64,000 bases of DNA from an uncultured Nitrospiraceae bacterium (GTDB lineage: Bacteria; Nitrospirota; Nitrospiria; Nitrospirales; Nitrospiraceae): NCBI GenBank assembly GCA_963846575.1, contig CAWJWJ010000002.1, forward strand, positions 2,816,001-2,880,000, read 5' to 3'. Below, piece by piece: positions 49,591 to 61,591 of the stretch (its first letter is position 1; each line of letters opens with the position of its first letter). Under the pieces are notes generated by a model. The model saw only the letters and a program-made list of their open reading frames with translations, ran no database searches and was not told the DNA's origin. The position numbers and the translations under genes are program-made.

Positions 49591-50946
49591 CTACGCTGCA
49601 GGCTGGTGCAGGAGCCGGGTATAGAGTTCATAATACCGGCGGGCTTGTTGCGTTAAAGAAAAATTCGTGAGCGCGGACTGCCGGCAGTTCTCAGCAAATA
49701 TCAAGCGGCGATCCGGACTCCGAAGCAGCTCCAGCATCGCGGCACCCAAGGCGGTTGCGTCATGGAGTGGAACGAGCAAACCGGTCTTGCGGTGCTCCAC
49801 CATATCCGGAATCCCCCCGACATCGAACCCGACAGCCGGCGTTCCGCAGGCCATGGATTCGAGCACGGTGTTCGGTAGATTGTCTTGCAATGAGGGAATG
49901 ACGAAAAGATCGGCGGCGCTGTAAATATTCGACAACAGGCGATCGTTATTGACGTGCCCTAAGTTGATATGGGGGAGTCTTCCCCCGAGATCAGGGCTGT
50001 TGTGTCCCACCGTAATTAAACGGAGCTTGGGAATTCGGGTGCGCACATGTTCCAGGGCCTGCACCAGGACCTCAAAACCTTTCCTTAGGAGCGGCAGCCC
50101 ATCCGCGACAAACAAGACGACCTTTTCCCCTTGCGGAATGCCGAACACCTCTCTGGCGCTCGTTTTGTCGCGTGGTGCGAATTCCTGAAGATCGATCCCA
50201 TACGGAATCACCGACACAGAGAAGCGACTCAGCATAGGACTTTGCTTCACCTGGTCGGCTAACCACGAGCTGGGTGTCACGAAGTGAATCTGGTCTTTGG
50301 AGAGGCGGTCGAACAGTGATTTCTTCCGGTGCCAGATTTCACGGGACAGATCGTTCATGCCCGACGCGCGTAGGTGGGGGCATTCGCCGCATTGGTCGAG
50401 GTACCGGCCACAGCCCAGATCGTAATGGCACCCGCCCGTAAACGCATTCATATCGTGCAGCGTCCAGACAATCCTCCGTCCCTTCGACAGAGAGGCCACC
50501 AAAGACGGATAGTCCACAAAATCAGCGACCCAGTGAAGGTTGAGGATGTCGTGGGCAGGAAGTTGCGAAAACAAGTCGGGTCCATATTCGGAGCGATCAA
50601 GTCGGAACGGTTCAAACCGTTCGCTCGAGGGATGGAGAGCGGGCCGCAGCTTTCGCTGCAGGTGTTCGCGTCGAAGACGCCGCTCGATTCTGCCCCAGAA
50701 GGTGCCGGATGGTTCAAATTTGATGACCGAGCGATCCTTCGTCGCCGACTCGCGCACAAACATCGAGGAATCGACGCCGGCCTGACGCAATCCCGAATGC
50801 AGACGATAGGCCGCCCGGGCAGCTCCACCTGAAACGTCATACGTACTCAGGTGCACGATCTTTGCCGTCGGACCCTTCGGCGCCAGTGACGTCGTGACAT
50901 AGTTCTGATGTTCGAACGGCTCGAGAGACGGGATCAACTGCGGCAT
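49591..50946 (-). CDS. Glycosyltransferase family 4
   Basis: GGAARAAYRLH, WTLHDM..FTGGCHY, DNLPNTVLESMACGTP. Confidence 0.93.
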   Translation of the reverse strand: MPQLIPSLEPFEHQNYVTTSLAPKGPTAKIVHLSTYDVSGGAARAAYRLHSGLRQAGVDSSMFVRESATKDRSVIKFEPSGTFWGRIERRLRREHLQRKLRPALHPSSERFEPFRLDRSEYGPDLFSQLPAHDILNLHWVADFVDYPSLVASLSKGRRIVWTLHDMNAFTGGCHYDLGCGRYLDQCGECPHLRASGMNDLSREIWHRKKSLFDRLSKDQIHFVTPSSWLADQVKQSPMLSRFSVSVIPYGIDLQEFAPRDKTSAREVFGIPQGEKVVLFVADGLPLLRKGFEVLVQALEHVRTRIPKLRLITVGHNSPDLGGRLPHINLGHVNNDRLLSNIYSAADLFVIPSLQDNLPNTVLESMACGTPAVGFDVGGIPDMVEHRKTGLLVPLHDATALGAAMLELLRSPDRRLIFAENCRQSALTNFSLTQQARRYYELYTRLLHQPAA

Positions 50947-51230
50947 TACTCACTATCCTAATCGAGGGATTTACATCAAAGGGCTTGATCACGGATCAAA
51001 GCAGTGCGCAACGATTTAATTTCAGTACCACCATACGCGCTTGAACCGGTGGTTGCACTAGGTATCACCCTAGCGAGTCATGTTGCGACAACCATGATCG
51101 GCTCATGGCGACGCTCGCACTAAGCGCATTTCAACAGACCCACGCCGCATCGGGGCATTCGGTGACCAGGATGTAGCGAGCTAGAAGTACAGCAGCGGTG
51201 TTTTTTTCGGGCGCGGAAGGGATCCCCGCA

Positions 51231-52523
51231 TCAGCGGCGGGACTGAAGAGCGGCATGGCTCGACTGTTCCCAGTCGTATTTCACGAGAACGCACTTCCCT
51301 CTCCAATTGGGAGGATAGGTTTTTCCCGTGCCGTAGAAATCCCCATCGACGACGACCAGGAGACTCGCATTGTGAATCCAATCCTGAACCTCTCTGTCAC
51401 TCTCGACATAGGACATCACAAAGTATTGTCCGCCGGACAGCGGCAGCTCAGGAATCCGAAAATCGATCCAGCCCTCGCCGTGCAGGTCGAGAGGCGACGG
51501 GTCCACCAGATCCGTGGACATCAGGAAATACGCGGTCTCATAGGGATCTCCGATCTTGGCATGCAGCGAAAGTTCCACCCGGCATTTGCGCACCACTTTG
51601 TCTGGTACGCACCGGTAGTGCCATCTCACAATGGTGTCTCTGCCGCAGATGACGGAGGGAGAAACACGCCCGTTCTGATCCAGTACTTCAATAGAGGTGA
51701 CCCTTACATCCCCCTTCCCCTGCCGATCAGTCCGCTCGTGAACCGCACTTTTGGAGAGGTCCGCCGTCATGCCGGCGTAGGCCTCCACAACTTCCCGGGC
51801 TCCACCCATCAAGGCCACTCGTCCTTTGGAGAGGAGCATGGCCCGCTGGCACAGGTTTTCGATCACGGGCAAATTATGACTGACGATCAAGACCGTGCGG
51901 CCTCCCCGGCTGGCCTGCTGCATTTTCCCGAGGCATTTCTGTTGAAAGCTCGCATCTCCCACCGCCAACACTTCGTCCACAATCAGAATGTCCGGCTCCA
52001 GATGGGCGGCCACTGAAAATGCCAATCGCACATACATCCCGCTGGAGTACCGTTTTACCGGCGTATCGATGAAGTCCTCCACCCCGGAAAAATCAATGAT
52101 CTCGTCGAGCTTCCGCTTCATCTCGGCGCGGCGCATGCCCAGGATGGCACCATTCAGGTAGATGTTTTCGCGTCCCGTCAGCTCCGGGTGAAAGCCGGTT
52201 CCCACTTCGAGGAGTGAACTGATCCGACCATAAATGTCGGCCGTACCCGATGTGGGGACCGTGATCCTCGACAGGATCTTTAACAGCGTACTCTTCCCTG
52301 CCCCATTGTGGCCGATGATCCCGAACACTTCGCCGCGTGTGACGTCGAAAGAGACATCACTGAGCGCCGAAAAGATTGTAGGTTTGTGGCTCTCAGTGGA
52401 ACGCGTCGTTCGCCACGAGGCCATTGCACTGGCCAACCGATCGCGGAGCGTATTGTGCCGGGAAGCGGCGCCGATGCGGTAGCGCTTCGTGAGATGCTCA
52501 ACGTGTAGGGCTATATTTCCCAT
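51231..52523 (-). CDS. wzt: Polysaccharide ABC exporter ATP-binding protein with C-terminal Wzt domain
   Basis: GHNGAGKSTLLK, LEVGTGFHPELTGRENIY, YSSGMYVRLAF, DEVLAVGD. Confidence 0.9.
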   Translation of the reverse strand: MGNIALHVEHLTKRYRIGAASRHNTLRDRLASAMASWRTTRSTESHKPTIFSALSDVSFDVTRGEVFGIIGHNGAGKSTLLKILSRITVPTSGTADIYGRISSLLEVGTGFHPELTGRENIYLNGAILGMRRAEMKRKLDEIIDFSGVEDFIDTPVKRYSSGMYVRLAFSVAAHLEPDILIVDEVLAVGDASFQQKCLGKMQQASRGGRTVLIVSHNLPVIENLCQRAMLLSKGRVALMGGAREVVEAYAGMTADLSKSAVHERTDRQGKGDVRVTSIEVLDQNGRVSPSVICGRDTIVRWHYRCVPDKVVRKCRVELSLHAKIGDPYETAYFLMSTDLVDPSPLDLHGEGWIDFRIPELPLSGGQYFVMSYVESDREVQDWIHNASLLVVVDGDFYGTGKTYPPNWRGKCVLVKYDWEQSSHAALQSRR

Positions 52524-52960
52524 AGGCCTCGTGACATGCTGCGTGACGCGCAGCTGGCGATTATTTGTTCGTTTCCATCCCAGTCGAACTCCCAGAACCG
52601 AGCGCCGTCGAACCGTTTGTCCGGCACCCATGTTATGCACCTGTAGGAGAAAGTTTCGAGGCTTCTCTTCTCGGCTGATGCGCCACCTACATGTGCCACA
52701 ATGGACGGGTTCCATGACCTGGGGGTTCCCCTAGGGGGCTGGGGTTGGTCTGGATTCATGACACGGCGAGGTGTGTGCCTGCCGCATGACCACCATCCGA
52801 CACATTCCGGGGGCACGGTCTCGAGGCCTTTTGGACATCAGCAGGGGCTATTCCCAGTGTCACGCTTCGAGACAGGACGGTAAGCTGAATTGAAAAGTGG
52901 ATGATCGCGCACTAGGCCGACCCCCAATGAGCCAGAAACTTTTACACAACGGAGGTTAGG

Positions 52961-53275
52961 ATGAAACCATTCATGGCATTTTTTGCGGCGCTGTTCGCGG
53001 TGGCCTTATTTGCCGCTCCGGTACAGGCTGCCAATCCCATGGACGACAAGGAAGCGACGCCCTCTTTAAAAGAGCGGCTGATGAAAGACGCGATCAGCGG
53101 AACTCTCATGAACCAGGATGGCGAGTATTACACGATCAAGGACGAGGACGGCAAACAGCACAGGGTTCATGTCGATAAGAGCACCAAGCTGGATAAGGTC
53201 GTTGCGGGCGATCACGTGAAGGCCTACATCACCGAGCAGGGCCACGCGACCACGCTACAACGCAAAGAACATTAA
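52961..53275 (+). CDS. Small exported hypothetical protein
   Basis: GGAGG RBS; signal peptide ending VQA. Confidence 0.85.
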   Translation: MKPFMAFFAALFAVALFAAPVQAANPMDDKEATPSLKERLMKDAISGTLMNQDGEYYTIKDEDGKQHRVHVDKSTKLDKVVAGDHVKAYITEQGHATTLQRKEH

Positions 53276-53300
53276 TATACAGATAGAAGCGGCTCCCTGA

Positions 53301-53345
53301 GGCGGTGAACCTGGCGGCATTTCCTCCGCTGCCAGGTTCGCCGCC
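53301..53345. terminator. Long hairpin between convergent genes
   Basis: ggcggtgaacctggcggc / gctgccaggttcgccgcc 18-bp stem (with G-U pairs). Confidence 0.7.
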
Positions 53346-53414
53346 CGCCGGATTTCCAGACCATCTGCCACGTACCCTCTTCACCTAGCCCTGGCTTCTG
53401 TCATCCCCCTTACC

Positions 53415-53777
53415 TTATTTGGATTCTACTGCCATACCGTATATCTGGGTGCAGGCGCGCGAGAACAGAATGAAGTGCTGGTAATATCCATCCACCGTGA
53501 CCTCTACCAAGGCGTCCGCGAGGATTTTTGTCCGGAGTGCGTCATGGACGGCATTCCGCGTCTCGTTGCCCCCGGTCAGGGGAATCAGTCCGAGAAGATG
53601 ATAGACACAATCCTGCCCTCGCACATTGCCTAGTTCGGTATAGCCGCCCGGGAGCGGTTTAGTCGAGGGCGCGATCCCCCCCGGGTGATGCATACAGCCC
53701 GTGAATAGAGCCGCGCTCAGCAGGGCTGTGGCCATACCCCCCGTCCACCGCGCGACGAAACGTCCCTTCATGATCAT
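53415..53777 (-). CDS. Small lipoprotein
   Basis: AAGGAG RBS; lipobox FTG-C; G..C...LLGLIP...ADALV.VTVD pattern. Confidence 0.8.
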   Translation of the reverse strand: MIMKGRFVARWTGGMATALLSAALFTGCMHHPGGIAPSTKPLPGGYTELGNVRGQDCVYHLLGLIPLTGGNETRNAVHDALRTKILADALVEVTVDGYYQHFILFSRACTQIYGMAVESK

Positions 53778-54117
53778 GCAAATGCTCCTTTCCTGTGCCC
53801 GGACGCCACCGGCCGTACAGTGTCACTCCACGTTCGAGGAGCCATGCGTCGCGGATGTGGCGGAAAATCGGTAAAACGATTTACCCGGCAGGTAAAATTC
53901 TAAAGATCGCGTTCGTTATGTTGCACATCTCACCAGGCATCCTCAACCCTAAACATGCGCCGGCTTCATGATGGCCGCTAACTGGGCAACGTTCGAACGT
54001 GAGACATGTCGCCAACCGTGCGCTCACGGAGCGAGCAGAAAGCATGCGGGTCCTGCGGCCTCCACGCCCGCGTGTGGCAGGTTGTAGCATGACCCTGTGG
54101 GAAGAAGAGTCGCAGCC

Positions 54118-54465
54118 CTACTCGCGAACCCGGCTCCAGCCTTTGTCGGCATGGATCGTTTTGTCGGGATTGATGAGCCTGGCCTTTTCCAGCAGCGATG
54201 CCCTGGATTCCGGATAGCCAGGGTCCGGAATGCAGCAGTCATCCACTGGACAGACCGACGCACATTGCGGCTCGTCGAAATGGCCCACACATTCTGTACA
54301 GCGATCATGAGTTATGACGTACACGCTGTCGCCGACTCCCTGGCCCTTGCCGACGTGATACCCGCCCGCTTCAGCGCTGCTACGCGTTTCAAAAATCGCT
54401 TCATTCGGACACTCCGGCAGACAGGCGCCGCAGGAGATGCAATCATCGGTGATACGCAAGGGCAT
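54118..54465 (-). CDS. 2x[4Fe-4S] ferredoxin (YfhL-like)
   Basis: CISCGACLPECP and CTECVGHFDEPQCASVCP. Confidence 0.95.
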   Translation of the reverse strand: MPLRITDDCISCGACLPECPNEAIFETRSSAEAGGYHVGKGQGVGDSVYVITHDRCTECVGHFDEPQCASVCPVDDCCIPDPGYPESRASLLEKARLINPDKTIHADKGWSRVRE

Positions 54466-55066
54466 GGTGAACTCTCTTCCTCCTGAATGGGCGGAGGGTC
54501 GTCTCCGCCGCCTCAGGTCAAATGATGCCTGTTCCGTTCGTTCCTCTTGCCGTGAATCATCAGGACACCAGCCAATCTTCGACTCGAAGTCTCCCCTTCA
54601 GGCGTCAGCACCATCCCTTTCCCCCGGGCGACCTGTTCCTGCATGCCCCGGCACGTCCCTGGCGCGTCGCCCGGGCCACAACAAACAAGCGGAGCATTGC
54701 CGCTCCTGCTTGCGAAGGCAGCGTGAGACAAGCAGGGACCGCCGAAGGGATTCTCCGCGACTCTCTGAGGAATACCCTGGTTGGAATGGATCTTTGCTCG
54801 AAGGAAGACCATGGCCACCACCTCTCTAACAACAAGGTGGGTAGGAAGGGGAACTATTACTCTACGCCCTGCTCATAGATCGATCAAGCGCAGGGAAAGG
54901 GAGGGGAGGCGCGGGCCAATCAAGAGTGACCATGATGGCGAGTCGGATGGGATCCGGAACCCAGGCCCCTCGCCTGCTTACACGCTGCCGAGTACTGCAG
55001 CCGCGTGGCTGGGATTTGACCGGATCACCGGTATCAGGCCGCCCCTCGTACGAGGCGAAGGATTTG

Positions 55067-55723
55067 CTACGTCTTTAGCGACGGACTGCCAGCGGCAAGA
55101 TCTCTTTTGAGCCTGTCCAGCTTCTCCATCACGGCAACGAGGTCTCGTTTGTCGCCAAGGCTCATCAACTCCAGTTCCGCGAGTGCCTCTCCCAACGCCG
55201 CCTGAACATGGGCGTAATGCCGGCGCATCGACAAACTTAACTCCATCTGCTGGATCACGATTCGGGCCAAGGCCGGAAGAATACTTCGCTGCTGCTCTGT
55301 AAAGAACCGGGGATTCTTGTCAATGACGCAAAAGGTCCCGAGGTTGTATCCGTCTGTCGTATGCAAGGGCGCAGCGGCATAAAAGCGCAGCCCCAAGGCG
55401 CCGGTCACCAGCGGGTTCGCTAAGGTGCGAGGGTCCCGGGACGCATCGTCAACAACATACACCTCATCCCCTAAGATGGCAGAGGCACAGAGTCCTGGCG
55501 CCCGATCGACTTGCTGGGCATCCACGCCGGCCCGTGACTTGAACCAGATACGATCATGGTCCACCAAGCTGATGATCGCAATCGGCACATTAAAGATGTA
55601 TGTCGCCAATTGCGTGAGCTCATCGAACGCACCATCGGGCGGGGTATCCAGAATCTCGTAACGATACAGGGCCCCTAATCGGTCACGTTCATTGGTCGGA
55701 AACGTGTTGCTGGTCTGTGACAT
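55067..55723 (-). CDS. GAF domain protein
   Basis: E..RL.AL..Y.ILDT, ISLVD.DR.WFKS, LRFYAAAPL, LGTFCVID. Confidence 0.9.
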   Translation of the reverse strand: MSQTSNTFPTNERDRLGALYRYEILDTPPDGAFDELTQLATYIFNVPIAIISLVDHDRIWFKSRAGVDAQQVDRAPGLCASAILGDEVYVVDDASRDPRTLANPLVTGALGLRFYAAAPLHTTDGYNLGTFCVIDKNPRFFTEQQRSILPALARIVIQQMELSLSMRRHYAHVQAALGEALAELELMSLGDKRDLVAVMEKLDRLKRDLAAGSPSLKT

Positions 55724-55744
55724 CGCACTCTCCTCCCTGTCGCG

Positions 55745-58540
55745 TTACTCGCGCACGCCCTTCATGGCCTGCTGGATGACAGTATATAACTGGTCTACCG
55801 CGGCTTCTTTTGTCAATAATTGGTAACACCCCGCTTGGATCATGGCTTCGCGGGACTCGCCCTCGGCATTGACCGACAGTCCAATGATAATGGTCTTTGG
55901 GAAACGCTGAGAAATGCGCCTGGTGGCCTCCACGCCGTTCATGCCCGGCATGTTAATGTCCATGAGCACGACATCAGGACGATGTTTCTCAACGGTATCA
56001 AGAGCCTCTTCACCATTGGACGCTTCGCCGATGACTTGTAACACCGGATAGCCCTCCAACAAACTCCGTAAGCCTTGTCGTACCATTGCGTGGTCATCCA
56101 CGAGCAAGACTGTAATGACATCGGGAGATTCCGGCATCGCCACATTGAGCGTCAGCTTACCCGGGAGAAGCGGGGGGTTCCGTTGAGACTCTCCCTGCAT
56201 CGGTATGGCCATACGTGCTCTGGTTCCCGATCCCGGAGCGGATTCAATCTCGAGGGAACCGCCGAGTGCCCGCATCCGTTCCCGGATACTAAACAGTCCG
56301 AACTTCGACGACAATTCAGCCGGCGTTTCGAATGCCGCCTGCTGAAATCCCTTTCCGGAGTCCTGCACCACAATTTCCAACAGGCCGTCGTGTTCCCGGA
56401 GCACGACGGCGGCCTCCCCTGAACCGGAATGTTTCCAGCTATTTATAAGCAGCTCCCGCACGGATTGAAGCAACAACAAGGCTTGTTCATGGGGTACATG
56501 GCCCCTCAGCGTCCCTGGCGCAGACACGGTCACACATAAGTCGTACTTCTTCTTCATATACTCGCGCAACCACTTCACCGCCGCCGGCAGACCGTGATCG
56601 TGAAGAACTGACGGGCTCAGTTCAGAGACAAGCGTCCGTGTATAGTTGAGCGCGTCGGTGAGCACGTGGTTCACCTGTTGCATCACTTCCAGGTTCGACG
56701 CGACGGCCTGCGACGTGCGGACGCCCTGACTCAGCTTCAATTTGGCCAACACCAGAAGTTGCTGCAAGTGGTCGTGAAGCTCATCTGCGAGCCGCTTTCG
56801 CTCGCGTTGCTCGGCTAGATTCAGCTCAGTCGCCATGGCGCGCAGCCACTCCTGTGACTTGACTAACTCGGCCGTTCGTTCGTTGACTCGCACTTCTAAT
56901 TCTTGAGCGAAGAGTTGCAGGCTTTCGGCATGGGCCTTCAGGTCAGTGATGTCATAATTAATGCCGACGAGGCGCTGGGGATGGCCATGAGAGTCCGTGA
57001 GCACCAGCCCTTTACTGGCTAACCACCGTACCTCTCCGTTCTCGCCCACAATACGGAAATGATGCTCCAACTCTCCCCTGCTCTCGATGGCACGACGAAC
57101 GGCCTTTTTCACAGGGAGCCGGTCTTCCTCATGAACACGCGCGTAAAACCCTGCTGCTGAGGGACTGATCGTGAGCGGATACCTCAGTAACGCATATTCC
57201 TTCTCGTCCCAGGTCGTTTCGTCGGTCAACAAATCCACATCCCACGTGCCCATTTGGCCGCCCGATAACGCCAAACGGAGCCGTCTTTCCCTCTCTCGCA
57301 GCGCTTCTTCTGCTCGTTTGCGATCGGTGATGTTCACCAGCTCGATGACCGCTCCGGATGCGACCCCATCGTGATCCACGATCGGACTCGCCGTGAGGGC
57401 CACTTCATAAATCTGGCCATCGTTCCGAATCAACACATTCTCGTGTTGCAGCTTGGTGTCGGCAGCAATCAGGTGCTCCAACGAGCAGGGGACCGAGGGG
57501 CATGATCCTCCGGTACTGCCGCGAACATGCAGAATGTTGTGAAAGCTGGAGCCCTGGACCTGTTGCCGCGTGAACCCCGTCATCTTTTCAGCCGCGGGAT
57601 TCATGAAACGGCAATCCTGGTTGGCGTCGATAATAAACAGCGCGACGGTGGCGTTATCCGTGACTGTCTGGAGCAGTCGTTGATGAGCCCCGAGCGCCTC
57701 TTCCGCGACCCGTTGTTGGGTGACATCTTCAAACGTGACAACCCCGGCAATGATCGCACCATTGGGGTCTCGGATCGGAGTGGAACTCGCCTCAAGAAAG
57801 ACCGTGCGCCCGTCAGGCCGCTCATAGCGGATCTGCTCCCGCGTGACTATTTCGCCCTGCTGGATACTTCTCGCCAATGGCCATTGCGCAGCCGAATAGA
57901 GGCGTCCCTCACGAGTGTAACTTCTATGGCTGGCATACTGCTCGATCCCCTCGGAGGCAATGAAGTGATGTCCGGTAATCTGTTCCACTTGATCGTTGAC
58001 GAGCACGAGGCGTCCGCTCGGTGCCTCCGCAAAGATGACGCCCTGGGGTAACTGCTCAAGAACGGCCTGTAATCGTCCCTGCTCCAAGAGCGCCAGTTCG
58101 TCACTCTGTTTGCGCCGCGTGATGTCTAGAGAAATGCCGGCTAAACGAACGGCTTGTTTTTCTTCTACCGTGACGCTGCCTTTGGCGTGAATCCATCGAA
58201 GCTGCCCGCTTGGCAGCGTGATGCGATACTCGAATTCGTATTCCCGGGTGGTCGCGCTTTTCAAGCATGACTGAACCGCATCATTCACATACACCCGATC
58301 GTCCGAATGGACGGTCCCAAGAAATCGCTTATACGACAAGGGCTCGTATTCAGGGATACCGAACAGACGCCGGCAAGCAGCTGACCAATAGATCTCTTCG
58401 CGTTGAACATCCCAATTCCAGTAGGCAATGTCGGCGCGATCGAGCTGCTCCACGAGCACGCTCACCGCTATGCGCGTTTCTTCGCTCATTCTTGCGATCG
58501 GTGGCGGTAGAAAGGAACCATGCGGCAGGCTACCATCCAT
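55745..58540 (-). CDS. Multi-PAS hybrid histidine kinase (HisKA_3) with C-terminal REC domain
   Basis: Four PAS/PAC units, ERKRLADELHD, FGLFSIRER, LLVDDHAMVRQG. Confidence 0.93.
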   Translation of the reverse strand: MDGSLPHGSFLPPPIARMSEETRIAVSVLVEQLDRADIAYWNWDVQREEIYWSAACRRLFGIPEYEPLSYKRFLGTVHSDDRVYVNDAVQSCLKSATTREYEFEYRITLPSGQLRWIHAKGSVTVEEKQAVRLAGISLDITRRKQSDELALLEQGRLQAVLEQLPQGVIFAEAPSGRLVLVNDQVEQITGHHFIASEGIEQYASHRSYTREGRLYSAAQWPLARSIQQGEIVTREQIRYERPDGRTVFLEASSTPIRDPNGAIIAGVVTFEDVTQQRVAEEALGAHQRLLQTVTDNATVALFIIDANQDCRFMNPAAEKMTGFTRQQVQGSSFHNILHVRGSTGGSCPSVPCSLEHLIAADTKLQHENVLIRNDGQIYEVALTASPIVDHDGVASGAVIELVNITDRKRAEEALRERERRLRLALSGGQMGTWDVDLLTDETTWDEKEYALLRYPLTISPSAAGFYARVHEEDRLPVKKAVRRAIESRGELEHHFRIVGENGEVRWLASKGLVLTDSHGHPQRLVGINYDITDLKAHAESLQLFAQELEVRVNERTAELVKSQEWLRAMATELNLAEQRERKRLADELHDHLQQLLVLAKLKLSQGVRTSQAVASNLEVMQQVNHVLTDALNYTRTLVSELSPSVLHDHGLPAAVKWLREYMKKKYDLCVTVSAPGTLRGHVPHEQALLLLQSVRELLINSWKHSGSGEAAVVLREHDGLLEIVVQDSGKGFQQAAFETPAELSSKFGLFSIRERMRALGGSLEIESAPGSGTRARMAIPMQGESQRNPPLLPGKLTLNVAMPESPDVITVLLVDDHAMVRQGLRSLLEGYPVLQVIGEASNGEEALDTVEKHRPDVVLMDINMPGMNGVEATRRISQRFPKTIIIGLSVNAEGESREAMIQAGCYQLLTKEAAVDQLYTVIQQAMKGVRE

Positions 58541-58699
58541 TTCCCGTGTAGGTAAAGATGGGGAACCCCTGGTTGGACGCAGTCGGGCTGCAGAACGGTT
58601 CCCGTTGATTAAAACTGCTCTTTCTCACCGGGCGCTCCTTATTCCAGTGAAAGTTCTCGGGCTTTGGAGGCCCGGGGGGCATGGAAGGATACCGGAGTC

Positions 58700-58890
58700 A
58701 CCCTACCGGCGGGTCGGGATTCACGATTTGCACGTTCATGACCTCCGGCATACCTTCGCCACCGGGTTGCAGCATATCGGAGTCGACTACCAAGTCCGCA
58801 GGCGCTCCTTGGCCATCGCATGGCATGACGGCCAACTCTTCCCATGGGGCCCGGAGAGCGGATCGAAAGCTGAGATCAGTCGCGGATAGA
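58700..58890 (+). pseudogene. Tyrosine integrase C-terminal remnant 1
   Basis: GIHDLHVHDLRHTFAT (HxxR box), then frameshifted LLGH..MTAN. Confidence 0.75.
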
Positions 58891-59487
58891 TTTAGGAAAC
58901 GTCTACCCGCTTGCACTAAGGTTCCCCCGTTTATTTTATGCATCGCGCAGTGAGTGATGCTCCAACGACTCTATTGCTTCTATTGTGTGTCGAGGTTCTT
59001 GCGGGAGTCAGCACACATCGAGCACAAGTAACTTTGATACCAGATAATCTGGTCCCTCACGAATTGTTGAAAGTGCTTTAACGCCGCCTCTCTCTCTGTC
59101 CTTCCCTCGTGGCATGGGGATCCTTGCTTCTTCCAATCAGCCATCCCATCGTATATTTACAAGTTGTGGCAAGTGCATTAGGGGAAATTAGAAGCCACTG
59201 GAAAAGATAGAGGAAGATATTCCCATGCATCCTTAGGATTACTTAAGCAAGGTGAAGCGATAGCCCGGCGGAGCCGAGAACTCAGGTATCGGGAATTTGG
59301 GGGGCTGGCTACAGTGAGCGGCGCAAACGTATATAATGACCCTCAGAAAGGCATCCTGTGCAAACCTATGCGCGAGGGTTGACAAATGTGCCCCCCTCTA
59401 CTTCACGGCAGATAGCAAGACTCACTCCCACTCGCTCCTCGACGACAAGACGAATAACCGTCGGAACAACCGAAAGGTCCCTGTAGG

Positions 59488-60814
59488 ATGAGCGCACAAT
59501 TACGGGTTGGGTGGCGAGCGGTGCAGGAAAGTTTTTGGTTTGTTCCGTCGCTCATTATCGCCGCCAGCATCGCTCTCGCCCTCGCCTTGATTGAAGTGGA
59601 TTCCACCGGGGACAATCAATGGCTGGAGAACTGGCCCCGCCTCTTCGGCGCCAGTGCGGCAGGCGCACGGGTGATGTTGTCCACGATCGCCGCCTCGATG
59701 ATGACCGTGGTGGGGACCACGTTTTCGATGACCTTGGTGACATTGGCGCTCGCGTCGAGCCAATACACCTCCCGTGTCCTACGCAACTTCATGCGTGATC
59801 GCGTCACCCAGGTCGTGCTTGGCGTCTTCACCGGCATTTTCGTCTATTGCCTGATCGTACTGCGAACCATACGTGGAGGCGAGGAGAGCGGGTTCATTCC
59901 GAGTCTGGCGGTCACGTGCGGCGTCGTCCTGGCGATCGCCGGCATCAGCGTCCTCATTTTCTTTATTCATCACATCGCCTCGTCGATCCAGGCCTCGAGC
60001 ATTATTGCGTCAGTGGCCGCCGAAACAATGCTGGCTATTGACCGGATCTTTCCCGAACCAATCGGACACGAACACGATGACAGCGCGACCAATCAGTCTG
60101 CACTCCTCCGTGCCAACGCAAAGCTGGAAGGCCGTCCGCGCCAATGGGAATGGCTATGTCCAAAACGTGAATGTTGCGGCGATTCTGGATTTGGCGAGAG
60201 CGCAGCAGACCATCGTGCGGATGGAGCGTGGCATCGGCGAGTTTGTGGTGCATGACACCGTGCTGGCCTCGCTTGCGCTCGCGCATCCGCCAGAACAAGA
60301 TATGATCGTCGCCCTGCAGCAAGCCTACAGCCTCAGCCGACACCGCACATTGGAACAGGATGTCACGTTCGGTATCAGACAGATCGTGGATATCGCCTTG
60401 CGAGCGCTCTCACCGGGTGTCAATGACACTACGACGGCGGTGATGTGCGTGGATTATCTCACAGCGATTCTAGCGCACCTAGCCTCACGAGACATCCCTT
60501 CGTTGTACCGCTACGAGGGAGAGGATCTGAGGGTGCTCGCTGTCGGACCGACCTTTGTGAGTCTAGTGGCCGAATCGTTCGACCAAATTCGAGGCAGCGG
60601 TGTCGGCAATGTCGCCATTCTGTTGCGCATGCTAGACGCACTTGAAACCATCGGCAGTCGGACGACCAGCCCGATTCGGCGACGCGTACTCTCTGAACAC
60701 CTCCAGTGGATCACCGAAGTGGCCCAACGCACCGTGGAGTCCCCGCATGACCGGACACGGTTTGAGAGCCGGCTGGCCCGAGTGCAGGGCGCGCTGCAGT
60801 CCGATCCGTCATAG
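59488..60814 (+). pseudogene. DUF2254 membrane protein, frameshifted near 60090-60110
   Basis: SFWFVP, LASSQYTSRVLRNF, FIHHIA in the first frame; GYVQ, QD..FGIRQIVDIALRALSPGVND.TTA in the second. Confidence 0.82.
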
Positions 60815-61387
60815 GCCTTTGCAACAACTGGAATGGGCTTTGAGCGTTCATAGCCCAACGCTCGAACCCTGTTGATGTCCTCTAATACTGCCTTGAAGCT
60901 GGATGCAGCGTCGTGAATATTTTCTCTATATGACGTTCGGCAATGGCACTATTAGACTATATCCGGGATGGGGTGAGCGCTATCGAAGAGACGGGAACTG
61001 CGTTCAGCGATCAACTTCTCGAAAGCTATCGTTCCCTCGCAAGTGCACAAGGGCTCACGCGGGGGGTGACCCACCCGCAGAAGCAGGGCCGGCGGATCGC
61101 GGCCAAGATCCTTTCTAGCGTCGGCCAAGAAAGGCCCTTGTTGGTTGTCATCGAAGCAGACTGGGCTGTGTTACAGGAGGAGGTCTTACAAAGCCCACGC
61201 GCAGCGGCGCTTCCCCAGCTCCTGGTACGTCGGAGCCGCTTTCCCAGATAGCCGACCTGTACGAAGCCGGAGTTGGTCGCCGCCTTTCATGCCAATGAAC
61301 TCTACGTCCTCTTGCCATCTTGTACCCACTGCCTGACCCAGGGGGTACGATGCGCATCGAGGGTCGATACTCCGTACACAGGGCCGC

Positions 61388-61591
61388 GTGGACTACGAAG
61401 CTCGGCAGACGCTCCTTGGCCATCGCATCCCGGGCATGACGGCGAACTATTCCCATGGGGGCCCGGAGTGGGATCGAAAACTGAGATTAGCCGTGGAAGG
61501 ACTCGAAGAAGCCTATCCGTTGTTCTATGGATTGGCCTATGAGACTCAGGCTGCAGCGGGGGGAACTGCAGAAGCTATTAATGAATGGTGA
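61388..61591 (+). pseudogene. Tyrosine integrase C-terminal remnant 2
   Basis: DYEARQTLLGHRIPGMTANYSH (LLGH plus catalytic Tyr); DNA-level similarity to 58784-58887. Confidence 0.75.

Noticed and set aside
53306..53330. TGAACC hexamers outside the locus (also near 45360, 51043 and 61793)
   Set aside because: None has CGAC at 15-16 nt spacing; the 53306 copy is part of a terminator stem.
54466..55066. Short ORFs between the ferredoxin and GAF genes
   Set aside because: No recognisable motif or convincing start signal; left unannotated.
60943..61251. 102-aa ORF before integrase remnant 2
   Set aside because: May be mobile-element debris, but I cannot assign it a family or show that it is a real gene.
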